Shown here: positions 8,555 through 17,114 of the stretch, piece after piece
Position numbering within the stretch: the first letter of the stretch is position 1
How the letters are laid out: each line of letters opens with the position of its first letter
Source of the DNA: Elusimicrobiota bacterium
Lineage (GTDB): Bacteria; Elusimicrobiota; Elusimicrobia; UBA1565
DNA length: 23,000 nt
Assembly (NCBI GenBank): GCA_043819795.1
Contig: JBDREN010000036.1
Coordinates: forward strand, 1-23,000
Direction of reading: 5' to 3'
Made by a program: the position numbers and the translations under genes
The notes under the pieces: generated by a model
The model's database searches: none
The model's input: only the letters and a program-made list of their open reading frames with translations
What the model was told of the DNA's origin: nothing

Positions 8555-8583
8555 AAGATAACAGACCCCTGTTAAGAAATCAA
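8555..8583 (-). promoter_or_regulatory. sigma70-like promoter with an embedded palindromic operator
   Basis: Minus strand TTGATT-17 nt-TATCTT with extended TGn. The spacer carries TAACAG-N4-CTGTTA (8559-8574). AT-rich patch in a GC-rich context. Confidence 0.6.
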
Positions 8584-9425
8584 TAAGCGCCCTCACCGCC
8601 GGGGCGTGCCGCGGCCGGCCATATCTCTTCGAGCGCGGCGGCGGCGATCCAGCCCTTGAGTCCCTCCTGCAGGACGCCGATCTCGATCCAGTCCCCTCTC
8701 ACGTCGAGCTGGGATACGCGGCGGCCCTCGGGAACCTTGAAGCTCACCGGGAAATTCCCGCCGGGTCCGCTGCGCACTTCGGCGTCATGGACGAGGACGA
8801 CTGCCGGGGAGCGCATCTGCGTGAGCTGGCGCAGTCCCCACCAGCCTCCGGCGAGCGCCCAGAACGCGATCGCCCCGATCAGCCAAGCGCGCAGGGGCTC
8901 GCGCCAGCGGTCCCGCAGCAGCATGGCCGAGCCGAGCAGCAGCCCGGCCCAGAAACCCACCCAGTGCAGCATGGCCAGCTCGGTCTCGCCGAGCAGGTGA
9001 TACAGCACGAACAACGCCGGCGGCGTCCCGGGCGGGATGAGGGCCTCGCCGGCCCTCCGGAGCGCGAAATCGAGGTTGCGGCGTATGTCGGCGTCGCGGG
9101 GCATGAGCCGGAACGCGCGCAGGTAGGACGCGATCGCGCGCCCGAGATTGCCCGGCCGCCCGTCCCGGAAATAGGCGTTGCCGAGGTTGAAGTGGAGGTC
9201 GGGGCTCCGGGGGCGCTGGGCGAGCAGCTGGCGGTAGAGCCCGCCGGCCTCCTGGAATCGCGAGGCCGCGTAGAGCCGGTTCGCCTCTTCGAAGGTGTCC
9301 TGCGGCGTGTCGCCGAGCGCGAAGGCCGACGGCCAGAGCAGCATCCCTAATAGGAAGGCGTTCGCCAGCGGCGCTCGTCGCGGCGGCTTCAACGCCCGGG
9401 CCTCGCGAGAATGGGAGAGCCTCAT
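8580..9425 (-). CDS. batE: BatE-like TPR + TM + SH3 protein
   Basis: FEEANRLY...FNLGNAYFR...GRAIASYLRAFRLMPRDADIRRNL TPR, two TM helices, C-terminal SH3b-like VRSGPG...EGRRV...GDWIEI...GWI. ATGA-coupled to batD. Confidence 0.8.
   Translation of the reverse strand: MRLSHSREARALKPPRRAPLANAFLLGMLLWPSAFALGDTPQDTFEEANRLYAASRFQEAGGLYRQLLAQRPRSPDLHFNLGNAYFRDGRPGNLGRAIASYLRAFRLMPRDADIRRNLDFALRRAGEALIPPGTPPALFVLYHLLGETELAMLHWVGFWAGLLLGSAMLLRDRWREPLRAWLIGAIAFWALAGGWWGLRQLTQMRSPAVVLVHDAEVRSGPGGNFPVSFKVPEGRRVSQLDVRGDWIEIGVLQEGLKGWIAAAALEEIWPAAARPGGEGAY
9387..9420. repeat. Family A partial copy in the opposite orientation, in the batE 5' end
   Basis: cttcaacgcccgggcctcgcgagaatgggagagc matches the reverse complement of the miaA copy at 27/34. 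Confidence 0.65.
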
Positions 9426-11299
9426 TTCCGCATCTCCTCCTCGAGCGCCGCCACGAGCTCGCTCACGCCGTCGGCCAGGTAGGCGGTCTCGCGCCCGGCG
9501 GACGGCGCGAAACGGAACACCTCGAGCTCCCCCCAGAGCCTCCGGACCTGCTCGATGTGGCCGTCGGGCAGCTTCGGGTACCTGGTTCTCAGGAGCTGCT
9601 GGGTCTCGCGAAGGGTCAGTCCGAAGGCCGGCCGGTTCAGCTTGTCGGCGAGGTAGCTCGACAGCGCGTCGGCCAGCATGGCGGCCGCGCGCTGGGGCTC
9701 GCCGGCCGCCCTGCTCTTGCGGACGCGCTGACGGGCGCTGGACAGCGCGCGGCGGGACCGCGCGCCGACCGGGTCATGGAGCAGCCACTCGCGGTAAAAA
9801 TAGACCGCTAGACTCGCCAGCAGCAGCGCCAGCGGGAGCAGATGGAACCATCCGGCCCGCGCTACGGACGCGGCGGCGCGATCCAGCCGGGGCTCGCGCA
9901 GGACGCGATGGATGTGCCGGATGTTCTCGGCGACCGTCGTTATCGCGGCGCCCTCGCCGGTGGCCAGGAATCCGACCGGGGCCGGGGAGGTCTCCCCCGC
10001 CTCGACCCGGAGCTTGACGGGGCGCGTCCGGAGGCTCACGTAGCGCTTTCCCGCGGGATCGAAGTAGTGGAACGGGATCGACGGTATGACGAGGCGTCCG
10101 GATACCTTGGGCACGAGGATGGTCTTGTAGACCTTCGATCCCGAGACGCCGCCGGCGCCCTTCGCCTGGTTGAGGGAGCTCGCCGTCTCATAGACGCGGA
10201 ACTCCTGAAGCTCGGGGAGGTCCAGGTCCCCCAGAGTCTTGAGGTTGCCCCGGCCCTTCACGGTCACCGTCAGGTTGACGGCCTCGCCCACGGTCGTCTC
10301 GGTCGTGTCGACCTCCGCCCGGATGCTGTAGCTTCCGACGGCCCCGGTGAAGCCGGCGGGTTTTCCGGACTCCGGCAGCGCCCGCGTCGTGACCGTTATC
10401 GGACGGGTGTTCAGCGTCCGCGGTTCGGACGACCTGACGCCCTGCGAGAAGAACTGGCGGAAGAAGTCGCCGGCATAGGGGTCGACCGAGACGTCCCGGC
10501 GGACCTGGCAGCGGACGGTGCCGGGTCCGATCGTCAGCCGGCCCGGCTCTATGGGGAAGAGGGCTATCTGGATCTCGGAGAACATGTAGCGCCGTCCCTC
10601 GTAGACCGTCTGCTGGGGCTGTTTGGGCGGCAGGTCCTCGCTGAAGAAGCCCTTCGTCTCGGGCGGGGACCATTCCGCGTTGCCGAGCAACGGCACGGCG
10701 GTATGGAAACGCACGGTGAGCAGGACCTGCTCCCCCACATAGGGGGCGTGCTTGTCCGCCTCGGCGGTCACGAACACGTCCGGAGGGGCCTCCTTCCCGT
10801 TCTGCCTGCCGGCGGGCGCCGGCCGGCGGCGCGTCCCCCCGCGGGGAGAGGCGCCGCCTGACGGCGTCCGCTGGGCTTGGGGACTCGGTCCCGGCGCCTG
10901 GGCGCCCGCATACCGCGTGATCGTGACTTCGATGGGTTCTGTCGAGGACTTCTGCGACCCCTCCGAGACCGTGATCGGCGGGATGGAGGCGTTGCCGATC
11001 AGGCGCGGGACCAGGACGTAGTTGTACTGCACGGAGCTCGAGACCCTTCCGTTGACGAACGAGAAGTTCTGGCTCCGCCCCGCGGAATGCACGTTGAAGC
11101 GCGGCATGGAGGGCATGCGCGGCTCGGGCAGGCTGGTGCGGTCCCCCGAGACCGTGACGGTGAGCACGAGCTGCTCATTGAGCGCCACGGAGGCCTTGTT
11201 CACGCTCGCCGTGATGGACAGCGCCTCGGCCTGGGCCGCCGCCGCGAAGGCGAAAGAGGCGAGCAGGACGAGCGTTCCCCCCGCGGGCCGGATCCTCAC
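9422..11299 (-). CDS. batD: BatD-like oxygen-tolerance protein
   Basis: Signal peptide, repeated BatD modules (YVGEQV, FTGAVG, VGEAVNLTVTVKGRGN, FHYFDP) and a C-terminal TM. GTG at 11299 overlaps the upstream TGA and has an SD GGAGGT. Confidence 0.85.
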   Translation of the reverse strand: MRIRPAGGTLVLLASFAFAAAAQAEALSITASVNKASVALNEQLVLTVTVSGDRTSLPEPRMPSMPRFNVHSAGRSQNFSFVNGRVSSSVQYNYVLVPRLIGNASIPPITVSEGSQKSSTEPIEVTITRYAGAQAPGPSPQAQRTPSGGASPRGGTRRRPAPAGRQNGKEAPPDVFVTAEADKHAPYVGEQVLLTVRFHTAVPLLGNAEWSPPETKGFFSEDLPPKQPQQTVYEGRRYMFSEIQIALFPIEPGRLTIGPGTVRCQVRRDVSVDPYAGDFFRQFFSQGVRSSEPRTLNTRPITVTTRALPESGKPAGFTGAVGSYSIRAEVDTTETTVGEAVNLTVTVKGRGNLKTLGDLDLPELQEFRVYETASSLNQAKGAGGVSGSKVYKTILVPKVSGRLVIPSIPFHYFDPAGKRYVSLRTRPVKLRVEAGETSPAPVGFLATGEGAAITTVAENIRHIHRVLREPRLDRAAASVARAGWFHLLPLALLLASLAVYFYREWLLHDPVGARSRRALSSARQRVRKSRAAGEPQRAAAMLADALSSYLADKLNRPAFGLTLRETQQLLRTRYPKLPDGHIEQVRRLWGELEVFRFAPSAGRETAYLADGVSELVAALEEEMRK

Positions 11300-13053
11300 C
11301 AGTCCACCTCCGGCTTGCGCTCGTCGGGGCGCGCGGACTTCCGCTGGACCGGCTGCCGGCGCAGGGCCTCCCGCTCTTTTTCCTTGACGGCGCGGAGGAT
11401 GCGTTCGGCGTCCTCTTTCGAGAGGCCTTGCGGCCGAGGACGGTCCTTCGACGGCGGCTGGGAGGATGGATCTTCCTTCTTCTGGTTCTTCTGATCCTTC
11501 TTCGAGTCTTTCTTCTGCTTCTTCTTCTTTGGCGGCTTCAAAGTCAGCACGAGGTTGTGCCGGCAGTCCTCGTCGGACGGGTCGAGCATGAGGCACCGCT
11601 TGTAGGCCTCCGCGGCCTCCTGGAATTTTTCCTCCCGGTACAGGGAGTTCCCGAGGTTGTAGTAGGCTTTCGGGGCGATGCGGACTCCTTTCTTCGGCCG
11701 GGACGCTCCGCTCCCTTTGGATCGTCCGGGATCCAGCTCGCGCGCCAGCTCCTCGTAGAGCTCAACCGCGCCCCCGAAGTCGCCAAGCTTGTATAGGGCC
11801 GCCCCCGCGTTGAAGCGGGACTTGGGATCGCTCGGATCGGCCTTTTCGTATTGCTTCAGGGCTTCGCCGTAGTCCTCGCCGCTGTACTGCTTGTTGCCCT
11901 TCCAGAGCCGCAGGTCCGACGGCATGGCCCGGCTCGAGGTAGGTATGGCGAGCAGCAGCAGCGCGGCCAGCGCGGAGGTCTTGGGACCGCCCCTCGGGCC
12001 CTCGTTCGCGGGGCTCAGGCGCGCAGGGCTTCCGCCGCGGCGGGCCGGGCGCGCGTGCCGGAGCTCGGGCAGCAGCAGCTCCGCGAGCAGCAGCAGGAAG
12101 GCCGCCAGAAGCGGGAACCGGTAGCGGTTCTTGTAGCGGTTCACCGAGCCGGCCTGGATATCGGACTTCTCCAGCTCGCCGATGGCGCGGACGATGGCGC
12201 TCGCCTCCGTGTCGCCCGGGCCGGCGCGGTAGTAGGCGCCCTTGGAGGCGGCCGCGAGCTGGATCAGCCCGCTCTCGCCGAGGCGGGTGACGACGGTCTT
12301 GCCGTCCTTGTCCTTCTTGTACGCGACGACGCGGCCCGAGGAGTCCTTGACAGGGATCGGCTCCCCCTCGGGCGTGCCCATGCCGATGATAAAGAGGTGT
12401 ATGCCCCCCTCGGCGGCGGTCCGGGCCGCGACGAGCGGATGGCTGCCGTGGTCCTCACCGTCGGTGAGCAGCACGAGCGCTTTATGGCCGGGGTAGCGGC
12501 CGAGCATCCGGGTCCCGAGCTCGATGGCCTTGCCGAGGGCGGTGCCGGCCTGCGGGATCATGCCGGTCCGGAGCCGGCGCAGGAGCGACTTCGCCGCTTC
12601 CCGGTCCGTCGTAAGCGGGCACTGGACGAACGCCTCGCCCGCGAAGGCGATCAGCCCGACGCGGCTCCCCGACAGCTCGTCGATGAGGATCGCGAGCGCG
12701 TCCTGGGCGCGCCGCATGCGGTTCGGCTTGAGATCCTCGGCGAGCATGGACTCGGACGTGTCGACCGCGATGACGACCTGCGTCCCCTTCCCCTGGGAAG
12801 TCACGAGCTCCACGCCCCACTGCGGCCCGGCCAGCGCCGCGAGCAGCATGACCAGCGCTCCGGCCCCCAAGGCGTATTTGAGGCGGCGGGCCTTGATCGA
12901 CTCAGCCGCGAAAAGCCGGAGGAGGATTTCCGGGCGGGCGAAGGTCTCCCGGAGCCTGCGGGTCCGGCGCTCGGACCAGACGGCCAGACCGGCCGCCAGC
13001 GCGGCCGCCAGGAGCATCCATCCCAGATATGCCGGGTCCCTGAAGAGCCCCAT
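11296..13053 (-). CDS. BatB (VWA)-BatC (TPR) fusion protein
   Basis: LAGPQWG, MIDAS DTSESM, PLTTD, LLTDGEDH; TM; then TPRs (FNAGAALYK, AYYNLGNSLY, DEDCRHNL), a K/Q-rich linker and the BatC-type ending AERIL...EVDW. Confidence 0.87.
   Translation of the reverse strand: MGLFRDPAYLGWMLLAAALAAGLAVWSERRTRRLRETFARPEILLRLFAAESIKARRLKYALGAGALVMLLAALAGPQWGVELVTSQGKGTQVVIAVDTSESMLAEDLKPNRMRRAQDALAILIDELSGSRVGLIAFAGEAFVQCPLTTDREAAKSLLRRLRTGMIPQAGTALGKAIELGTRMLGRYPGHKALVLLTDGEDHGSHPLVAARTAAEGGIHLFIIGMGTPEGEPIPVKDSSGRVVAYKKDKDGKTVVTRLGESGLIQLAAASKGAYYRAGPGDTEASAIVRAIGELEKSDIQAGSVNRYKNRYRFPLLAAFLLLLAELLLPELRHARPARRGGSPARLSPANEGPRGGPKTSALAALLLLAIPTSSRAMPSDLRLWKGNKQYSGEDYGEALKQYEKADPSDPKSRFNAGAALYKLGDFGGAVELYEELARELDPGRSKGSGASRPKKGVRIAPKAYYNLGNSLYREEKFQEAAEAYKRCLMLDPSDEDCRHNLVLTLKPPKKKKQKKDSKKDQKNQKKEDPSSQPPSKDRPRPQGLSKEDAERILRAVKEKEREALRRQPVQRKSARPDERKPEVDW
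11987..12036. repeat. Family A copy at the BatB-BatC fusion joint
   Basis: 11987-12031 matches miaA unit 728-772 at 36/45, ungapped; encodes GGSPARLSPANEGPRGG. Confidence 0.8.
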
Positions 13054-13110
13054 ATCAGCGGGCGTCCTCCCGTCCGAGGGGATCGGGCGGACCCGCGGTC
13101 CCGCGGTCCG

Positions 13111-14109
13111 TCATGGTATCCTCAGCAGCCATGTTCGCGTCAGCAGCATCTCGAGCCCGAGCAGGAATACGGCCGGCAGAAGGATGTAGGCGTAGAGGTC
13201 GTCGAAGGAGACGATCTCGGGCCGCTCGTATTGGGTCTTCTCGAGCCGGTCGATCTCGGCGTAGATCTGCTTGAGCTCGTCGAGGTTCGTCGCGCGGAAG
13301 TACTTGCCGTCGGTCTCCGCCGCGACCTTCAATAGGGTGTCCTCGTCGAGCTCGTCCGGGATCGAAACCAGCCGCCTTCCGAAAACGGGATCGTCCACCG
13401 GGACGAGGGCCTCGCCTCGCTTCCCGGTCCCGATCGCGTAGAACTTGATCCCGAAGGTGTGCGCGGTCTTGGCCGCGGTGGTCGGGTCCACGAGCCCGGT
13501 GTTGCTCCTTCCGTCGGTCAGCAGGATGGCGACCTTGCTCCGCCCTTCGCTGTCCTTGAGATGGTTCACGGCCGCGGCGATCCCGTCGCCGATGGCCGTG
13601 CCGTTGCTGCGCGTCATTCCGGGGTGGACGTCCTCAAGGAAGCCGAGGAGCGCGTCGTAGTCCAGCGTCAGCGGACAGGTGAGCAGCGGATCCCCTCCGA
13701 ATACGACGATGCCGATGCGGTCCGAGGCGCGCCCGCGGACGAACTCCCGCGCGGCGTTCTTGGCGGCCGCCATCCGGTCGAGGGGATCGAAGTCGATCGC
13801 CTGCATGCTCGTCGAGGTGTCGAGCACGAGCAGGATGTCGATGCCCTCGGCCAGCCCGACCGCCTGCCGCGTGACCGTCTGCGGCCGCGCCAGCGCGAGG
13901 GCGGCGAGAATCAGCACCGCCCACTTCAGGAGAGTCGGCGTCCAGCGCACCCACAGGCCGGATGCCCGGGAGGTGAGCGTTCGCAGGCCGCTCGCGTCGG
14001 GGAAGGTCATGGAGGCCCGGCTCCCGAGGACCTCCCGCAAGGCGACCCCGAGGGCCGCGAGCGCGGGCAGCAGGAGCAGAAGCCAGAGCGGCTGTTCGAG
14101 CCGCATCAT
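13111..14109 (-). CDS. batA: BatA-like VWA-domain membrane protein
   Basis: N-terminal TMs with LALARPQ, MIDAS DTSTSM, DRIGIVVF, GTAIGDG, ILLTDGRSNTG, GKYFRA, IDRLEKT. SD GGAGG at 14117-14121. Confidence 0.9.
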   Translation of the reverse strand: MMRLEQPLWLLLLLPALAALGVALREVLGSRASMTFPDASGLRTLTSRASGLWVRWTPTLLKWAVLILAALALARPQTVTRQAVGLAEGIDILLVLDTSTSMQAIDFDPLDRMAAAKNAAREFVRGRASDRIGIVVFGGDPLLTCPLTLDYDALLGFLEDVHPGMTRSNGTAIGDGIAAAVNHLKDSEGRSKVAILLTDGRSNTGLVDPTTAAKTAHTFGIKFYAIGTGKRGEALVPVDDPVFGRRLVSIPDELDEDTLLKVAAETDGKYFRATNLDELKQIYAEIDRLEKTQYERPEIVSFDDLYAYILLPAVFLLGLEMLLTRTWLLRIP

Positions 14110-15200
14110 GAGTTAGCCTCCAAGTCAGCCTCCCCCCCGCGGGGGGAGGCTAAAGTCTGGGGGGGCGATGTCGTTATATTGGCCTTTCCTCCTTTTGTGT
14201 CCTCTCCATGCAGGGATTCTGACACAGCAACAGCCCCCCCTACATTAGCGGCCCCCCCTGGGGGGGCCGCTGACAACATGCGCACGATGCGCTTCGCGGT
14301 CTCGCAATCGGAGCGGGACTCGGGCTCGCCGGGGATAAAGCGCGCGAATTTGGCCAAGTCGCAGCGGTCGAGCAGGGATTTGGTCAGGGCGCGCGCCTCG
14401 GGGTCGATCTGCGCGGCGATCAGCCGCCGCTGCAGGTCGTGGGTCGTCATCGACAGAGCCAGCAAGCCGCAGCGCCGCTCGATGTAGAGGCGCAGGATGT
14501 CCGAGACGCGATCGTAGTACTCCTTGACCGGCAGCCCCTGGCCCAAGAGGGCGTCGAGCTCGTCGAGGGCGATCTGCTCAGGGGTGCGGGTGTCACTGGG
14601 GCCGGTAAAACCGCCGATCTCGACGGGACGTCGTGAACGTCGCCATCGGCGGAAGCCCGCGGCGCCGGCGGTCAGGAGGAGCAGGGCCGCCAGGAGCGCC
14701 CACGGCCACAGCCTCGGGACCAGCGGGCCCTTGATGTCCCGGATGTCGCCGGTGTCGCCGGGGCCGGGCGCGGGCGAACTGAGCGTCACGCGCAGGGGCG
14801 GGCTGGTCAGCGTCCGCTCGGCCCCGTCCGGGCCGCGCAGCCTCCAGCGCAGCTCCGGCAGCGTCTGCTCGCCGATATCGAACGCCGTGAGGCGGAGCCG
14901 GAGGGGCTGCGTGCTCGCGCCGCCGCGGGGCTCGGGCGGGCCCATCTCCGCGGCCAGGATCTTGAAGGGCCCGGTGTCCTGGGACTCGACAGGAGCCAGC
15001 AGCTCGAGCGGATCGGGGCTCTCCACGGCTCCTACGACCTCGAAGGGAGACCCGATGAGGACCGGCCCGGCGGGCGTCTCCCAGCGGAAGCTGCCGGTAG
15101 CCGAGGCCGGGCCCGGGGGCGACACGGGGGCTGGCTCGACCCGCCAGGCCAGGCATGCCAGCAGAGCCAGCGACGCGAGGGTGGTCCGCGGGGGCCTCAA
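14106..15200 (-). CDS. Bat-operon membrane protein (DUF4381-like) with a repeat-derived C-terminal extension
   Basis: Signal peptide, DIRDIKGP motif before a TM helix, LRLYIERR...TT...DLAKFA cytoplasmic domain. Position between DUF58 and batA, with 4-nt overlaps on both sides. Confidence 0.75.
   Translation of the reverse strand: MRPPRTTLASLALLACLAWRVEPAPVSPPGPASATGSFRWETPAGPVLIGSPFEVVGAVESPDPLELLAPVESQDTGPFKILAAEMGPPEPRGGASTQPLRLRLTAFDIGEQTLPELRWRLRGPDGAERTLTSPPLRVTLSSPAPGPGDTGDIRDIKGPLVPRLWPWALLAALLLLTAGAAGFRRWRRSRRPVEIGGFTGPSDTRTPEQIALDELDALLGQGLPVKEYYDRVSDILRLYIERRCGLLALSMTTHDLQRRLIAAQIDPEARALTKSLLDRCDLAKFARFIPGEPESRSDCETAKRIVRMLSAAPPGGAANVGGAVAVSESLHGEDTKGGKANITTSPPQTLASPRGGEADLEANS
14124..14274. 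repeat. Family B inverted pair of palindromic REP-like units (MITE/BIME-like, 151 bp)
   Basis: 25-bp palindromes at 14127-14151 and 14247-14271, each with an inward-facing G7 tract, around a lower-GC core. Confidence 0.8.
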
Positions 15201-16078
15201 CGGATCCTCCTGGAGCGCTCCCGGAAGAAGCGCACGATCGGATCGACGAACGGTCTGTCGGTGCGGATCCTGATGTAGTCGATCCCGGAGCTCTTGAAGA
15301 GATCCGTTACCGCCGCGCGGGCGGTCTCCCGGCGCCGGGCCGCGCCGTACCGGAGCCCGGCCGAGCGCGCGTTCACAAGGAGGCGTTCCCCTGTCTCGGG
15401 GTCCTCGAGCTCGAGAAAGGCCGGCAGCGCCGGGATGCTTTCCTCGCGGGGGTCCTCGATCAGGACCGGGATGAGGTCGTGCTTCTTGGCCGTGCGGCGC
15501 AGCGAGCTCTCGAATCCGGAGTCTTGGAAGTCCGAGACCAGGACGATGATCGCGCGCCGGTGCAGCATGCGATTGAGCGTGTCGAGGCTGGCCCCGAGAT
15601 CGGTCCCGCGATGCTTCGGCTCGAAAGCGAGCAGGTCGCGGATGATCGTCAGGACGTGCTTGTGCCCTTTGCGGGGCGGGAGGAAGCGTTCGCCCTCGTC
15701 GGTGAACAGGAAAAGACCGACCTTGTCGTTGTTCTTGAGCGCCGAGAAGGCGATGACGGCCGCGAGCTCGGCCGCGGTCTCCCGCTTAAGCTTGCGGTCC
15801 GAGCCGAAGAACTGGGAGCCCGAGAGGTCGCAGGCGACGATCAGCGTGAGCTCCCGCTCCTCCTGGTACTCGCGGACGAAGGGGCGGCCGATGCGGGCCG
15901 TCACGTTCCAGTCTATCGTCCGGATGTCGTCGCCGGGTACGTACTCCCGTACCTGGGCGAACTCCATCCCCCGGCCCTTGAAGGCGCTCAGGTACTTGCC
16001 GGCGAAGGTCTCGTTGACCAGCCGGCCGGTCTTGATCTCGATGCGGCGGACCTGCGCGAGAATTTCTCTCGGGATCAT
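15197..16078 (-). CDS. DUF58 (VWA-like) protein
   Basis: GKYLSAFKGRGMEFAQVREYVPGDDIRTIDWNVTAR, EERELT, DLSGSQFFG, VSDF. Confidence 0.93.
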   Translation of the reverse strand: MIPREILAQVRRIEIKTGRLVNETFAGKYLSAFKGRGMEFAQVREYVPGDDIRTIDWNVTARIGRPFVREYQEERELTLIVACDLSGSQFFGSDRKLKRETAAELAAVIAFSALKNNDKVGLFLFTDEGERFLPPRKGHKHVLTIIRDLLAFEPKHRGTDLGASLDTLNRMLHRRAIIVLVSDFQDSGFESSLRRTAKKHDLIPVLIEDPREESIPALPAFLELEDPETGERLLVNARSAGLRYGAARRRETARAAVTDLFKSSGIDYIRIRTDRPFVDPIVRFFRERSRRIR

Positions 16079-16115
16079 GCGATGCTCACCCCGCGCTCGT
16101 TCGGGCCGGGCGCGC

Positions 16116-17105
16116 TCAGGGGACTTCGATCGTCTCGAAGACGGCTCGGAGGATGTCCTCGGACGTGACGTTCTCGGCCTCCGCCTCGTAGCTGACGAGG
16201 ATGCGGTGGCGCAGAACGTCGGGCCCGATCGACTTGACGTCCTCGGGCGTCACGAACCCGCGTCCGTTCAGGAAGGCGTAGGCCTTCGCGGCGGTCGTCA
16301 GGAAGATCGTCGCGCGCGGGCTGGCCCCGTAGCGGATCAGAGGCCTGAGCTTGGGCAGGCCGTGCGCTTCCGGATCGCGCGTGGCGAAGACGATTTCGAG
16401 GATGTAGTTCTTGACCTTGTCGTCGATGTAGACGTCGTCGACCACCTTTCGGGCCGAGAACACCTTCTGCTGGGTGATCACGCGGCGCGCCGCGGGCTTC
16501 TGCCGCTGCGTCATGCGCTCGAGGATGACGCGTTCCTCCTCCTTGCGCGGATAGGTGATCAGCAGCTTGAGCATGAAGCGGTCCACCTGGGCCTCGGGCA
16601 GCGGATAGGTCCCCTCCTGCTCGATGGGGTTCTGGGTGGCCAGGACCATGTAAAGCTCGGGGAGCTTGTGGGTCTCGTTGCCGATCGTCACCTGGAGCTC
16701 CTGCATGGCCTCGAGCAGGGCGCTCTGCACCTTGGCCGGGGCGCGGTTCACCTCGTCGGCGAGGATGAGGTTGGAGAATATGGGGCCTTTCCGGACGGAG
16801 TATTCGCCGTCCTTGGGGTTGAATACCAGCGTCCCGGTGAGGTCGGCGGGCAGCAGGTCCGGCGTGAACTGGATGCGCTGGAACTGGGCGTCGATGGCCT
16901 GGGCCAGCGTGTTGATCGTCATCGTCTTCGCGAGCCCGGGGACTCCCTCGATGAGGATGTGTCCTCTCGCCAGCAGGCCGACCAGCAGCCGGTCGATCAT
17001 CTCCTCCTGGCCCACGATGACGCTTGAGATCTCCTTCTTGAGCTCGGCGACGAAGATGCTCTCGGACTGCACCTTCGCGTTGATCTCTCGGATGTCGAGT
17101 GGCAT
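16116..17105 (-). CDS. MoxR-family AAA+ ATPase (Bat-associated)
   Basis: HILIEGVPGLAKT, RIQFTPDLLPADLTG, DEVNRAPAKVQSALLEAMQE, NPIEQEGTYPLPEAQVDRF, YGASPRA. SD GGAG. Confidence 0.96.
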   Translation of the reverse strand: MPLDIREINAKVQSESIFVAELKKEISSVIVGQEEMIDRLLVGLLARGHILIEGVPGLAKTMTINTLAQAIDAQFQRIQFTPDLLPADLTGTLVFNPKDGEYSVRKGPIFSNLILADEVNRAPAKVQSALLEAMQELQVTIGNETHKLPELYMVLATQNPIEQEGTYPLPEAQVDRFMLKLLITYPRKEEERVILERMTQRQKPAARRVITQQKVFSARKVVDDVYIDDKVKNYILEIVFATRDPEAHGLPKLRPLIRYGASPRATIFLTTAAKAYAFLNGRGFVTPEDVKSIGPDVLRHRILVSYEAEAENVTSEDILRAVFETIEVP

Positions 17106-17114
17106 AAGCGTCTC

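Noticed and set aside
13088..13110. Imperfect hairpin between batA and batB
   Set aside because: Short, GC-rich, no U-tract and no match to either repeat family.
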